Assembly: GCA_965153285.1 (NCBI GenBank)
Contig: OZ229115.1
DNA from: Podarcis tiliguerta
Taxonomy: Eukaryota
Length of the DNA: 64,000 nucleotides
Direction: 5' to 3' (one strand)
The notes beneath the pieces are model-generated. The model was not told the origin of the DNA. It saw only the letters and a program-made list of their open reading frames with translations, and made no database searches. Both the position numbers and the translations under genes were made by a program. Shown here one piece after another: positions 1 to 48,775 of the stretch (position 1 is its first letter; each line of letters starts with the position of its first letter).

Positions 1-199
1 TCTCCTTCCCCGCATCTCTTAAATTGGTTTGTGGTTGGGGTTGGAAGAACCCCTCAAACAGAACACGGGGGAAGGAGAGGGGAGATAGTTCCATCTGGCA
101 AGCAGAAATATTTGCGCTGATGGAATGGTCATATAGCACAACACTGAATTCCTTTATTTCTTGAAACTTTCTCTGTTTCAGGATGGGGAAAGCCTTATA

Positions 200-1890
200 C
201 TGCACAGTAACTTAAGGCCGTTGCCTTGGAGAAGTTTGTCCAAGGCTGTAATGCCAACAAAGATGGTTATCTGCCTGACACTAAACAGGAGACTCCACAT
301 CTATGGTTCAAACATTAAGCTGCGGTAGCAGCTATACAGGAAGAAGATAGTGTGTGTGTCTCAGCAAGGCCAAAACCAAGATACCCAAACTCCTTCACAC
401 TGCAGATGTGCTTATTCACATGTTGTCAGAGTGCTATAGGTGTAGTCATCACAGGAAGACAATTTTGCAGTTTCTCCCAGAGTCTCTGCTTCTACAACTG
501 AGTACTCAGGCTGCACCATCAAGAGCAACATTTGCTATGCTATTCAGAGTACTGAAGTTCAGGGACTCTCTAGCACCCCACCAGAGCTGAACCAACTGCA
601 CCATCAACCCAAGTGATTGCTTGGGGTGGCAATATCTTAAGGCGTGCCAGTGACGCTGAGGGGTGCACCTGTCTCATCCCTTGCAGCAGATGTGCCTGGG
701 CACAATTCAAGTACCACAGCCTGGCATCCATAGCAATGCATGAGATCCTGAGTGGCACCATTTGAATCATGTGGAACAACCGTCTGGAGCCACAAAAAGT
801 TCTGGATGAAACTTTGCTTTATCCTGCTCCTCAGCCCTCAGTGGTTTACATAAATTCCTCCCTAGCTTGCGAGATGTCTGACTTGCCAAAGGAATTAATC
901 CCACACGTTGTGATTCTGAAATGTTATTGTCTTGTCTTCCCACTCTCTGGGTTTTTTTGGAGCTCCTCCTAGAGGACATCAGCAGCACCATGGAATTGCT
1001 TTTGATTTGCCAGCAGCATTTGAATGATGCCGTGCTTTATATGATGCACGATCACTAGAGATTCTTTTTGAAATGTTTGTGCCTCAAGCCTTCTGCTCAT
1101 CTGTAGCCTTTAATAGCAGGAGATTTGGAGGAGGGAGTATAGCTGCATTTTAAAGGCCTTTGGAGACCTTGTAGAAAATGCTTCCTTTAGAGGAAGTCAT
1201 GCTCCTCTGGATTTGGCTTCTACGTTTCCCCACAGCAGAGACATTTGCAGACATTTGCGGAGGAGTGGGCCCTTTGTTGCTTCCCCCCGACCCCCATGTG
1301 TGTCGTCTGTTCCCCCTTGTGACCTCTCCCTCAGAGTCGCAATCCTCTCCACGGCAACTGTGACTTCAGGTGGAGATCAACCAGCAGGAACAGATGAATT
1401 TCTGTGCCACACAATGGTGTTGCTCACAGGGGCAAGCTGTTTCCGAGTAATTGAGATCCTCAGGAATGACGCAAAATGCACACTCGGTGGAGAAGTGCTT
1501 CCAGTGAGGGATTCAGGGAGCTGCGCCCAAGTTGCAGGATGAGATGCAAGGAGAGTTGAGAGGTGTGAGGGGTGGAACAGCTAAGTGTGGCCCTTTTTAG
1601 GATGGAGCTGGATGCGGGGAACATTTTCAGCATCAGTTGTACAAAGCAAATGCAGGTGCCTCTGTTCCAATGGAAATCCAGCATGCCAGGGAGAAGGCCA
1701 AGCTGAAAACCTTATCCTTTACTTGGCAGCTTTCCCTATGAAACACAGGTCTTTCCTACAAGGAAACATCTTAACATGCAATTCCTCACCTGCAGTTGGA
1801 AGTCTAGGAGCAACATGCACCACATGCTGTTTCTGCCTGTTTGGAATCAGCCATCATCATCTTCAAAGTGTCTGGCCATTGCACAAAGAC
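200..1890 (-). mobile_element. Heavily degraded Ty3/Gypsy LTR-retrotransposon pol remnant
   Basis: Frameshifted minus-strand fragments occur in Gypsy order: FHW...F..L..MF...SSIL (RT/RNase H linker, about 1675-1595), KAF/KxN/xxSR-like RNase H pieces, HDS and LKILPP...W (integrase N-terminus), GETAKL. Many stops and frameshifts. Confidence 0.4.
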
Positions 1891-1904
1891 TAGTTTCACT
1901 TGAT

Positions 1905-2086
1905 GGAATATAGGCAGCTGCTGTATACCGAGTCAGACCCCTGGTCCATCCAGCTTTGCTTTGTTGATACTGACTGGCACCAGCTCTCCAGGGTTTCACA
2001 CGGCGGTGTCTCCCAGGACTAGCAGGGATTGAACCTGGGGCCTTTTGCATAGAAAGCATGTTCTTCTCTTCCACTGAGCCATCCCC
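1905..2086 (-). mobile_element. tRNA-derived SINE (Squam2-like)
   Basis: Reverse complement has a tRNA-like head (GGCTCAGTGG...CAGGTTCAATCCC) and a body ending ...GGTCTGACTCGGTATACAGCAGCTGCCTATATTC, shared with the other copies in the window. Confidence 0.7.
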
Positions 2087-2404
2087 TTAACTTGATGGGT
2101 GGTGTAGGACTTGGTTGCATTGGAAAGTAAGAGGTGGTCCTTTATTGTTTCTGGCAGGAGCAACTGTGAGCTGGCAGGATTAGGAGCTGAACCGTGTGAT
2201 CAGAATAACATAGGACAGCCCACCTGGGTCTTTGCCACTTCAGATTACAGGTGGAGGACTGTATATTTGGAAATTCCTCTATGTAAAACAACAACCCCAC
2301 GTAATATTTATGCACACATGGTTTGGTTCTAATAAAGAACAAGGCCACAAAATAGAGAACTTAGATACAGAAATTGAATCCCAAGCTCCTGCTCATAGAG
2401 TTGA

Positions 2405-10552
<8,148 letters not shown>

Positions 10553-12205
10553 GCTTCTGCATTAGTTAAAAGAAAAAAGAAGGAAAGAAGGAAGGAACCC
10601 TGATCCCTGTTGGTGGAATCATGCCTACTGGGCCAGACGGACTATGTTTTCCATCCAGAGAGGATTCCTGGATTATTATTTTTTTGAGGAACGTAAACCA
10701 AAAGCAGCACGGCAGGAAGGGTTTGCTTCCCACCCACTCGCAAACACCTCGGCAATACCAAAAGCTAACCAGGAAAAATTGAATACCTCTTTCCCAAAGG
10801 GCATGGCGGATGGAGGCTGAAAAGCAAGCCACCTCGAAGGAGGCATGGTAATGCGTCACTCAGCCTCTTGCGTTGCCACCTTGGCGCTTGGCTGGTGGCC
10901 TTGTAAGAGGTGCAGCCTGCCAAGACGGGCACATTTCACCGTTTTCTTTTTTGTGAAGATCCTTAACTGAAAAAAAACCTAACGTTAACTGTTCTCAGGG
11001 ATTGCTTTACTAAAAGTAACAGAAGCATTTATGATACTGTAAATACGATAGTATATGTGTCGATTATTAAATTGTAAAGTTCTAATTATTTATAATTATT
11101 CTCTTTTTGTTTGGGGGATACTTGAAATGTGTTGTGGGCTGGGCATTTTGGTTTTGGTTTCGTTAAGCATATCCGAACATGAGAAAAGATGAACATTTCT
11201 CAGGTTCCCTGCCCTGCCAGCACTGTTGGTGAAGAGGGGCTGGTGGGTGGTGTCTGATGAGTAGAGAGGATGGACCAAGAGTTCATGCAGAACTACCGCG
11301 ACACAACAGCCTTGGAAGAGGGGAGACCAAGGTGGAAATGGCAAAGCCCACCATCAGGGTGCGTGGACTTGGCCCATGGGCTGCTAGCCACAGCACTCGC
11401 CCTGCCTCTGCTGTGGTTGGAACCAGCTGTGGTTCCAATTATGGAATACAAAGACCCCAGGAAGCCAGATTGTTGGCTGTGAAACAGTTGAGCCCATAGT
11501 GTAAATAACCGATTTTTTTGGCCTTCCTCCACATGCCTATGGATAGATGCGTGCAAGAGCTGCATGCTATATGTGCATGGGAAGATGTGTCTTTCCTTTG
11601 GCAGATGGGGAGCAGGGAACACATTTTTCTCTTGCTTATGTGTGTCTTTTATTTTCAACTCCATTTCTAAACCGTTGCCTTTGATGGCACCTGCAGAGTC
11701 TGGTGCCCTCTGGAGGATCGCCTTCCTGGTCCCATTTCTTGCTGCTCCACCTCCCACCACTGCTTAAGTGGCTCATCTTAATTTTTTAACTTCTTCCAAT
11801 GAAAAATAAAGTTGGGGGGTAGGAAGCAGGAGCAACACGGCTCTTCCACTTGTCTTTGTGTTCCCCTGTTCCAGTGTGTCCTAGTTTTAAAAGGGGCAGG
11901 GAGGGAATGGGGTGGGGTGGGGCAGGGGTCGGGCTGAAGGGTAGCTTAGAAAATGTGGATTAAAATTACCTACTGTCTGACTCCAGTTTTGTTTTTCACA
12001 ATACTCTGAGAAAACTGGGCCAGGGAAACCCAGCTCACCCCAGTATTTGTTGCCATAGAAGTATCATTCTTCACGTCTGACTTACTTTATTTTGTGTACA
12101 ACCTCTTGACCCAATGTTTAATAAAAAAGAAGGAAGATGTTCATACCACTTCTGTATCACTCCAGCCCTTTCTGTTGTCAGCATTGCCAATTAAAAGGGA
12201 ATAAA
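10553..12205 (+). other. ZSWIM5: ZSWIM5 3' UTR with candidate poly(A) signals
   Basis: AATAAA at 11805-11810, 12120-12125 and 12200-12205; Pumilio-type TGTAAATA at 11038-11045 and 11500-11507; AU-rich block at about 11020-11110. Confidence 0.55.
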
Positions 12206-14042
12206 AAGACAGCAGTTCAAAGGCAGTTGTTGAGATGGGAGGGGTGGGAGTGAATGCAACCTTCTAAACCACCAGCCTTGCATCCTTTGGGGCTGGAAAG
12301 AACCACATGTGGCTTTTGCCGCTTCCTGTACTGAGTCTCCAGTTACTTCACCAGCAAATATTTATATGTCAATACCCCCTGCCTCAGATGGAATATACTT
12401 GTTGTGCAGGAACAATCCTATAAAGAGAGTATGGATCTTTGATGTACAGTGGGATACATTGGCGTAACATCTGTGATGATCGTGGCTTAGGGCCATGAAA
12501 CCTGAAAAAACCTCTCTCTCTCTCTCCCCCATCCGCAATCGGAACACGGCTGTAGGTTGAAATCCTCTTTGGAGGCCCTGCTATACGTCCTGCCAACAAA
12601 AGATTTTTGTGTGTGGCGGCACTTTGGAGGAATTCCTTCTCAAAGGAGGTAAAACTAGGCCATCCCTGAGGGTGGTTCGGCAGGTAGGGAAAGCAATGTT
12701 ATTGGCACTTGCTTTCCATATATGACTGAAGAGTCAGACTCTCATCCTTTCAATTTTAAGGCTTGAGCTTTATTTTTTGCTAGCTGATGATGCCGCCTTT
12801 CGTTTTGTTCTTTTATCTGAACTGCTGGAGGTGATGGTGTTATGTTAGACCTAAACAGCAGTGTAGAGAAAAACCTAACAGGTCTCTGCAAGAGCCCTGC
12901 TCCTCTCTTAGCTGCTGATGCCACCTTTACTAGCTGCAGCCTCAACACTGTAGCATCCCCTTCCCACTGCAGCATACCTGTTAACAACGTGATCATTGCC
13001 TTAACCACCACAGTTCCTCCCATGCTATTCCAGTTCTAAGAAAAGCATCCACTGGTGTGTTTACATATCACACACAAGTAACAGACTTTCTGAGGTGGCT
13101 GGTGCTGCTTGTGTCTTCTATAAACATGTTTCCTTATCATGACATGTGGCTGATAACTGTCAGATGCAACCAGGCTGAATGCTGAAGCAGACACAGTCAC
13201 CACTATGGCAGCAGAGATATAGGAAAAGGAAGCCTGGATTTCTTTACTGGGGGAACCTGCTTAGCTGTTGCTGGATAATGAACAGCAGTGAGGGAGTTGC
13301 AGTGCAGCACAGCATGTTCATATTGAGAATAAACATCACAAGAGTCTTTTCCACTTATTCCTGGGTCGCCTGTTCAGCAGCAAGGACGTGGTCGCTCATC
13401 CTTCCTGAGTGGGTTGTGCATATGCAGACCTTGACTAAGCCAGAACAGCAGCACCAAAGCAGAGGAAGATTCAATCATTTAACTAAACACCATGTGCTGG
13501 ATTGTTAATCCAGATGGGAAACTGTTGTAAATACTTCACTTTGCGGTATGGCGCATGGCCATCGCTTCGTAGAGACACGTGGCTATTGCTAAAGGGGCCC
13601 CAAACTGAGTAATTGGGTGATACAAGGTACCCTAACCCACCTTCTATTGTTAAATGGCAAAAAACTTACTCTGCTGTGGAGGACAGAGAAAGGCCACACC
13701 TAGTCACTGGTTGGAAGGGGCAAGAAAAGGTCAATAAAAGGATCCACCCCTTTCTCAGATAAGCTTTGTAGTGTGTAGGGATAAAGCCAGGATCAAAAGC
13801 ATTGGGTGCTTCAGAAGTGCCCAAGACACATACATTCTCTCCCCCCTCTACAACCCACCCACCATCCCAAGCATTGTGCCATTAAAATGTGGAAAGCATT
13901 TTAATAGTGCGCTATTACAAACCCACATCCTTGTTCTTTCTATCAGTCCTAGTGACTGGCTCTCCAGCACTCGCAAACATGATCCTCTCTTGCTGCAGTC
14001 TCTTTGATGCTTTGTCCATTTTCCATCTGGCTCCCCAAGTCT

Positions 14043-26976
<12,934 letters not shown>

Positions 26977-28963
26977 CCCGCCCGCGCTGCTGCGGCCGCC
27001 CTACTCCCGAGTCCTGGCAGGGAGAACAACACGCCTCTTCCTCCCCACTTCCGGGTTCCTTCCCCAGCTCCCCCGATTGGTGCCTGTGGGATCCACCCAC
27101 GGCTCCCGCTGGGCGTGGCCGGGGCAAGACCGGCATTACCGTAATGTGCGCTGTAGCACGTCTCCCGGAAAAGTTAGGAAGGGAGGCGAACAGCACACGC
27201 GCCGCGGCTTGTCTGGGGCGCTGGAGAGAGGACAGAACCAGCACCGCGGAGCAGGGCTCGTAGACGCCCAAGTGGTGGGGCAGCAAAACCCCCTCTGGTC
27301 TATTTTGAGCATAGACATCCAACAAGTAACTGGCATTAGAACTCCTAATTAAATTAAATACAGTACAGAGAGCATTGCAACAACCCATATAGTTCATGGG
27401 AGCTAGATAAATACACCAAACCCTTGGGTCAAGGCAGCTATTGTGCATGCAGAAATGAATTAAAAAACAGAAATATGCATTCAGTTTCCCCACAAGTCCA
27501 CTGCCCTCATGTAGCCTCTGTATTCAGAGCCAAGGGGAATGATTAAGAAGCTGGGTTAGTACATCTGCTACTAGTTCTACATCCATAAAATATGTGGTAT
27601 TTTCCCGTCCTAACCGATAGATGCCACTCCCTGTGCTTGGCTGATAAAAACTTTGGACCACCTCCTCCTTGGATACATTGTGGTCTTCGCTTGGAGATAA
27701 AAATTACCCTAACCACAGCACCACATGGGAGCAATAGATAAAAATGTGGGAAGGTGTTGCCAAAGGCTGCTTTGAATGTGCCTTATTTCTCATATTACTG
27801 GAGAATCCACAGCTCAGTCATGATATACATACACTAACAGCAAACACAATTCTCAGAGCTCCAGTCCTTATGTAAACATAGGTGCAAGATATATGTGCAA
27901 GAAGGAAATATTAGCAGGCTCCGGGAGACCCCGAGATTGGCAGAAATACAAGCAAAAACCTCCACAGCAAACCCTGACATCAGGCCGAGCAGAAGTTTCC
28001 AGAAGCCACTTGGCTTCTTAATCTCATGTGGGTTGTGCATTTGTGTTCACACAGATCCTTGTACTGTAGTGTTGCTTAACAATGTTAATCAACACTGGTA
28101 AGTCTAAGAAGCAATATGACTCCAGATAGAACATTAATGATGAGGGATACAGATGTGAGAAACAGTGTTAGTTCCTTCTGGGAGAGAAGATACAGAGATG
28201 GAAGTGTTAAGATTGTACCAAGCATATTTACCACTAGACAATTAGGCATCTCCAAAGAACAGTGACATCTAAAGAGCACAACTCAGCAACAGAGAACATG
28301 TTTAAATGCATTAGAGAAACTAGTGGTCTCCAAACTCCCATCAGCCAAGGCTAGTATAGCTAACGATCAGGGATGATGGGAGTTGTGATCCAGGCCGGCA
28401 AGGTGGGGCAGGCCGCAGGTCCCCTATCCCTAGTTTAAGGCCACTGTTTTACTACTAGTGTCAATTCCCTGGCACCTGATCAGAGATCCTTCCGCCTGCC
28501 CTGTTGTTTGTTTTGGAAACGCGAACTTTTATGCTATGCCTCATCGCCAGCCATTCACATGAGCCCAGGAACTCAGTCAGAGTCAGAGATCTTGCGCGTC
28601 GACCCTCCTTGGCCACTTTCACCTTAGGCCTAAACCTCCCGCGCGGGGTCCGGAGCTTGCCGCCGACCCATTCTCATTGCGCGGTTCCCCTCGCTTCTTG
28701 CATGCTCGGCTTGCTCATTCAGCCGTCCGCCTATAGAGACTGCTTTACGGTACACCCGGCAGAACCGAGGAGGAAGGAGAGCGAGAGTAGCAGGAAGCAG
28801 CAGCCGCCGCCGCCGCAGCAGCCCTCCTCCCGGTCGCTGCGCTGGGGAAAGACTCGCCGGCTGCCAGAATCGGGACTGGAGCGAAGGGGCCACCGGCGGA
28901 GCTGCTCCCGCGGCGGCTGCTCCCTCTGGGCCAACCCCGCCTCGGCGGCTGCAGGCGGGCAGG

Positions 28964-44333
<15,370 letters not shown>

Positions 44334-45574
44334 GTCTATTTTGAGGCCTTGTTAACCATTTCTTCTGTGTTACATAGTTCCTACATGCAATAATCTCTTA
44401 CTATTAAGATCCAGAAAGCATGTATGTGTATATATAATAAATTACCAAGTGTGAGGCCTGCAGTTTATTGATAAGCAGATACAATAAAATGGACAGCCTG
44501 CCCCCTTGGATATTAGTGAGCCCAAAACAAAAAATGGGAATGGTGAAAAACTCTTCATTTCTGACACAAGTTGCCAGCAAGTGGACAATGGCATGTAGGA
44601 TTCCAGAATTCAATAATTCTGGTTTCTTTCTCAGGAAAGATGTCAAACAAGAGATTCAGACACTTGCAAAATGTATTTGTTGTTAGTTAACATTTTAGAA
44701 TAGTCTTAATTCTCTTCTGAAACCTGTACCTCTCCTTAGGCTGCAATTCCAAACCCACTTACTTGGGAGCAAATCCCATTGACCTGAGGTGATGTTTATA
44801 AGATTCCTCGGTCAATCTTTCTAGCTGAAGATAAACATGAGGGCCACAGCTTAATTATAAGTTCTAGAGGAGTATTGGGGTTTTTTGCAGCGAAAACAAG
44901 AATCTTACTGCACCTTAATGACTAGCATAAGCTGTCATAGACTACCATCCACTGCATCAGATGTGTGTAGTGTTATCATGAGCTATAGGTTTAGATGCAC
45001 ATTGTTTGGGGAGGAGGGTTGTAATAAGGAAAGGAAATGCAATAAAGTACAGTGATAATTATGTACTTAATACAGTACCGGTAATTTGAAAAACAGTTCT
45101 TGATGACATAGACATCCTGGTATTGATATGCCAATTAGCACACATAATGTACTAAAAATCTATTCAATGGGGGGGGGGGATATATTCAATCCACAAGCAA
45201 TAGCACCATAAATTCTTAGTACTAAATTACACTGTCCCCTCATTACACTCCAACACTGTTAATGACTTCATCCTCAGGTTACAGTTCAGGATCCTCCTCT
45301 TTGCAGTGATTTCTATGCCTGCTTCTGTGTAGAACTACAGTCCAGTTTTCAATACTCCCTCCACCCACTTTTCTTCTTCCAAGTCTTCCTGTTTTTGTCT
45401 CAGCAGTTGCAGTGGTCAGCTCTGGCCACCAGTGGGCATTATGGCACCATAATTAAAAGGAGTGGTCTGACCATTTTAATTCTAAGATTGTTTTGTTCAA
45501 ATTGTTCAGCTATCCTTCTTATCTGTCCATAGCATATCGGTATGGCACAATGGAGCCCAATAGAATCCCATGGC

Positions 45575-45723
45575 CTGGCATAGCCAGGATTTTTTTGGGC
45601 GGGGGCAGAACTATGTTGGGGGGGGGCAGAACCAATGTGATTGATCAGTTAGTTAAGTATTTCTGTTGTTTTACCTGATGGGGGGCAGCTGCCCCACCTT
45701 GCCCCCACTTGGCTACACCCATG
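45575..45723. mobile_element. Short DNA-transposon remnant with inverted ends
   Basis: GGCATAGCCAGG ... CTTGGCTACACC inverted termini, internal GGGGCAGAAC repeat; a related end is at 35563-35600. Confidence 0.5.
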
Positions 45724-46249
45724 AGATAATATAATAACATAAGATGATGCTGAGGTTTAGGAAAAGTCAGCCCCTCCTCTGCTTTGCTGACTGTGAGGGG
45801 CCACACTCCTGCTAATCCCTGCTTCTATTTGATTTTAGGCTTTCTCTGGTACCACCTTCATTAAAGCCTTTCACCAAAGCTGTCCCGCTTTGGCTGAGGG
45901 AAATAGAACTGTGCTTGGCTAGCTGTTAGAGACAGTTTGCTAAGACAGGCCGAGTTCTGACATTCTGAAAAGAATTTGAGGGGTGGGGTGGGAATACAGA
46001 ACCCGGAATATACGTTTTTCTGGGGGATTGCGAAGCACTTTTTGAAGATAAGCTTTCCAAAACAGCAGGGTCCCAATGCTAAATGGAGACTGTGGCCCTC
46101 AAAAGCCACAAGCTTCACTTTACTCAAATAGCAGCAGTTACTAGTATTTATTTCCCAGTAACAGCAATGGGCTGCATTTAATAGAAGAGGGGAGACGGAA
46201 CACTCTGGCAAAATGACTCCATTCATGGGTCGAGGATGTACTGTCTGTA

Positions 46250-47700
46250 TGTTGGCTGCCTGGGTGGGCCTCGGAGCTGAAGGCTATTGTAGCCGCATAA
46301 TGGGCTTGATTGGTAATTGGGGAGGTGAATTTGGCGTGGGGGGAAGGGACGGTGTCATCTCTGCAGCTGGGCTTTTTGTTATGCAAAGCGGGGCAGGAAG
46401 GGAAGCTTAAATCCCGCGACTTCACAGCACCTCGGAGCTGCTCTTCAATGCTCCTCTCCTCCACCCCACCCGCTTTCTCTTATCTCGGCCGGCGTGGTTC
46501 TTGCAACCCTCCCAGCCGTTTCCGCCCCTTCCCGGGTTTCCCCACATAAGAGTCATGAGAGCCTGGGGGAATTTGGGGAGGCGGCGAGCGGGACTGTTGT
46601 GCAGTTTTTGCTGCGGGGCTAAGCTCTGTAAATTGGCGAACACCACCGCCTGCCCTGGCGATGGCAGCTTTCCTCCCCCGTCTTAGGCCTGCGCACAGCC
46701 ACTTGCGAATCTGACAGGGAGGAAGAGGGGCTGGTGGAGGTGCCGGCGGGCCCCCTGAGGAGAGCGACAAGAAACGGGGATTAGCCGGGGATGCCGGGGC
46801 TCCCCTGCTGGGCGAGGACGTGTAACTCCCCGACACCCTGCGGCGGGGGATTAATTACAGACCACACAGCAGGCCAATGAGGGGCACCGAAAGAGAGCGC
46901 CGCGCCCCGGGCTCCAGAGCGCGCCTGCTGGAGAGTCGCGCAGAAGGGGAACATGCATTTCTGCCCTCCCGACATCGCCATGATCCGTGAGGGAGGAACT
47001 GCAGGTGGCTCAACATTTCGCGCCGGTCCCGGGTGGGGATGAGGCCCCAGGCCACGCGCGTCGAGTAGCAGGACGAGCGCGCGACTCGCAGGTGCAAAGG
47101 AGAGCAAGGGCTCCCGCACCTTCTTTAATAAGTGGTGCAAAAAAGGGAATTTCAGCCGTCTGCATCGCCAGCTGCTGCACCTGCTGAAATTCTCAGCTCA
47201 GCTGTGAAAGGTGTGGCGGAGCCCTGCTCTCCGTTGCACGTGGCTCGCTCTCTACCCCGTGGTTTGGCAGGGAGCGGTTACTTGACTGAACCTAAACCGC
47301 AGGTGAGGACAACCTGCCACCTTTTATGGTAGCCATAAGGACCGCACAGCCCCTATAAGCAAGCACGTGACCTAACTATGCGGTGCGGGGGGTAAGGCGT
47401 TGAGCCGCGAGCGGCCTCATAAGGTGGAAGCAACAGAGCGGGAAGTCGCGGCTGAGGAAGCAAGGCTGAGTCGTGGGTTGGTTAATGGGTCACTCTCGGG
47501 GTCTCTTGGGCTGGTTTTCACACACAAGCTACTTGAGAACAAGCGCGAGCCGACTTCTTCTGACTGATAGCATTCCCAGCAGGGGGCACTGTAGTCTAGC
47601 CCATGTGTGAAAGACCCGAGATTGCTTTCAGCCAAGCCAAGGGCGCTTCCAGACCGATGTTTATTGTGGAATCGGTTCTGTCCCAGCATGATCCCCCCCC
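46250..47700. promoter_or_regulatory. Orphan CpG island with promoter-like motifs, not at the 5' end of any gene in the window
   Basis: High CpG density; CCAAT boxes near 46309, 46316, 46632 and 46874; E2F-like TTTCGCGCC 47016-47024; E-boxes CACGTG 47237-47242 and CACGTGAC 47364-47371; ETS-like GGGAAGT near 47440; donor-like CAG|GTGAGG at 47303. Confidence 0.7.
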
Positions 47701-48479
47701 CCCCGTCTCCAAAACATTGCCATCGAGATGACAGCCCGCACTTTCCCCACATTTAATGTGGCTTTTGTCATGCAGCAGAAAATCTGTTAAGGAACGAAGA
47801 TGTAACTCTTTATTAGAGTTTTGGTACAGTGAAATACTGGTGGTGTGCAAAAACTTGGCCTTAAGCAACAAACAAACAAAATAAAAATAAAAATAGATGC
47901 TGCCCACTCTCCCCACTCAAAAGCAGCACCCTCCATATTGCCAGTTTTGAAGCATGATAGCCAAGGGCTGGTAGCATTTGCTCTTTCACTCTTTAAAATT
48001 TCCAGTGATTTCTTTTGGGAAAGGTGCATGCACCTAGGTACAGAAATACTTGTGTGTGAACCCGAAATGGAGAACAGTAGTGGAGGGTGAATGTAGTAAC
48101 TGAGGAGAGGGCCCAGAAACTCAGCATGGAAGCTTTCCATCAACGACCACCGCCTGCTGGTGTGATATGAAAAACGTAAGACTGAAAAAACTGAGTGCCA
48201 ATTGCACATTCAGAAAAAATAGATCTGAACAACCTGATAGTGACATAAATTTGTTGCCCCACAAGACTTGGCCTGTGAGACAGTTGAAAGACGTTTCTTT
48301 CTTTTGCCCCATAGGTCCTGTGTGCTTTCATTCTGTGTTTTCTGTGTAGATTCAGCTTTCTTCAGGGCTGTAGAAGACTATTTTTGCTTTGTAGCCTAAG
48401 AGTGCTGTGTAAGGGTTTTTCTTCTCATATGAACTTACCCAGACCCTGCAGTCATCATCTGAGGCCCTTCTTCATGTGC

Positions 48480-48775
48480 TTCCTGCATGAGAGATCTGGA
48501 GGGTGGCAACATGAGAATGGGTGTTTTCTGTGGTGCCTCCCTACTTGTGGAATGCTCTTCCTAAGGAGACTCACCTGGCGTCTTTGTTACATACGGTATC
48601 TTTAGGTGCTAGGCTAAAACATTCCTCTTCTCATGGGCTAATTAAACAATATATGGCTTTTTAAATGGGGGGGGGCTATTGTTTATGTTTTTCACTGTTG
48701 TGCGTTTTTGTGCTTTTATATTGTAAGCCACCTGTGATTGTCAAATGAAGGGCAGTATGGAAATTTAATAAATAA
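48480..48775 (+). mobile_element. Degenerate L2-type LINE 3' end
   Basis: TTTTCTGTGGTGCCTCCCTACTTGTGGAATGCTCTTCC and an AATAAATAA tail. Confidence 0.55.

Noticed and set aside
46422-47752. ORFs of 60-119 aa in the orphan CpG island
   Set aside because: No recognisable domain; GC-driven open frames.
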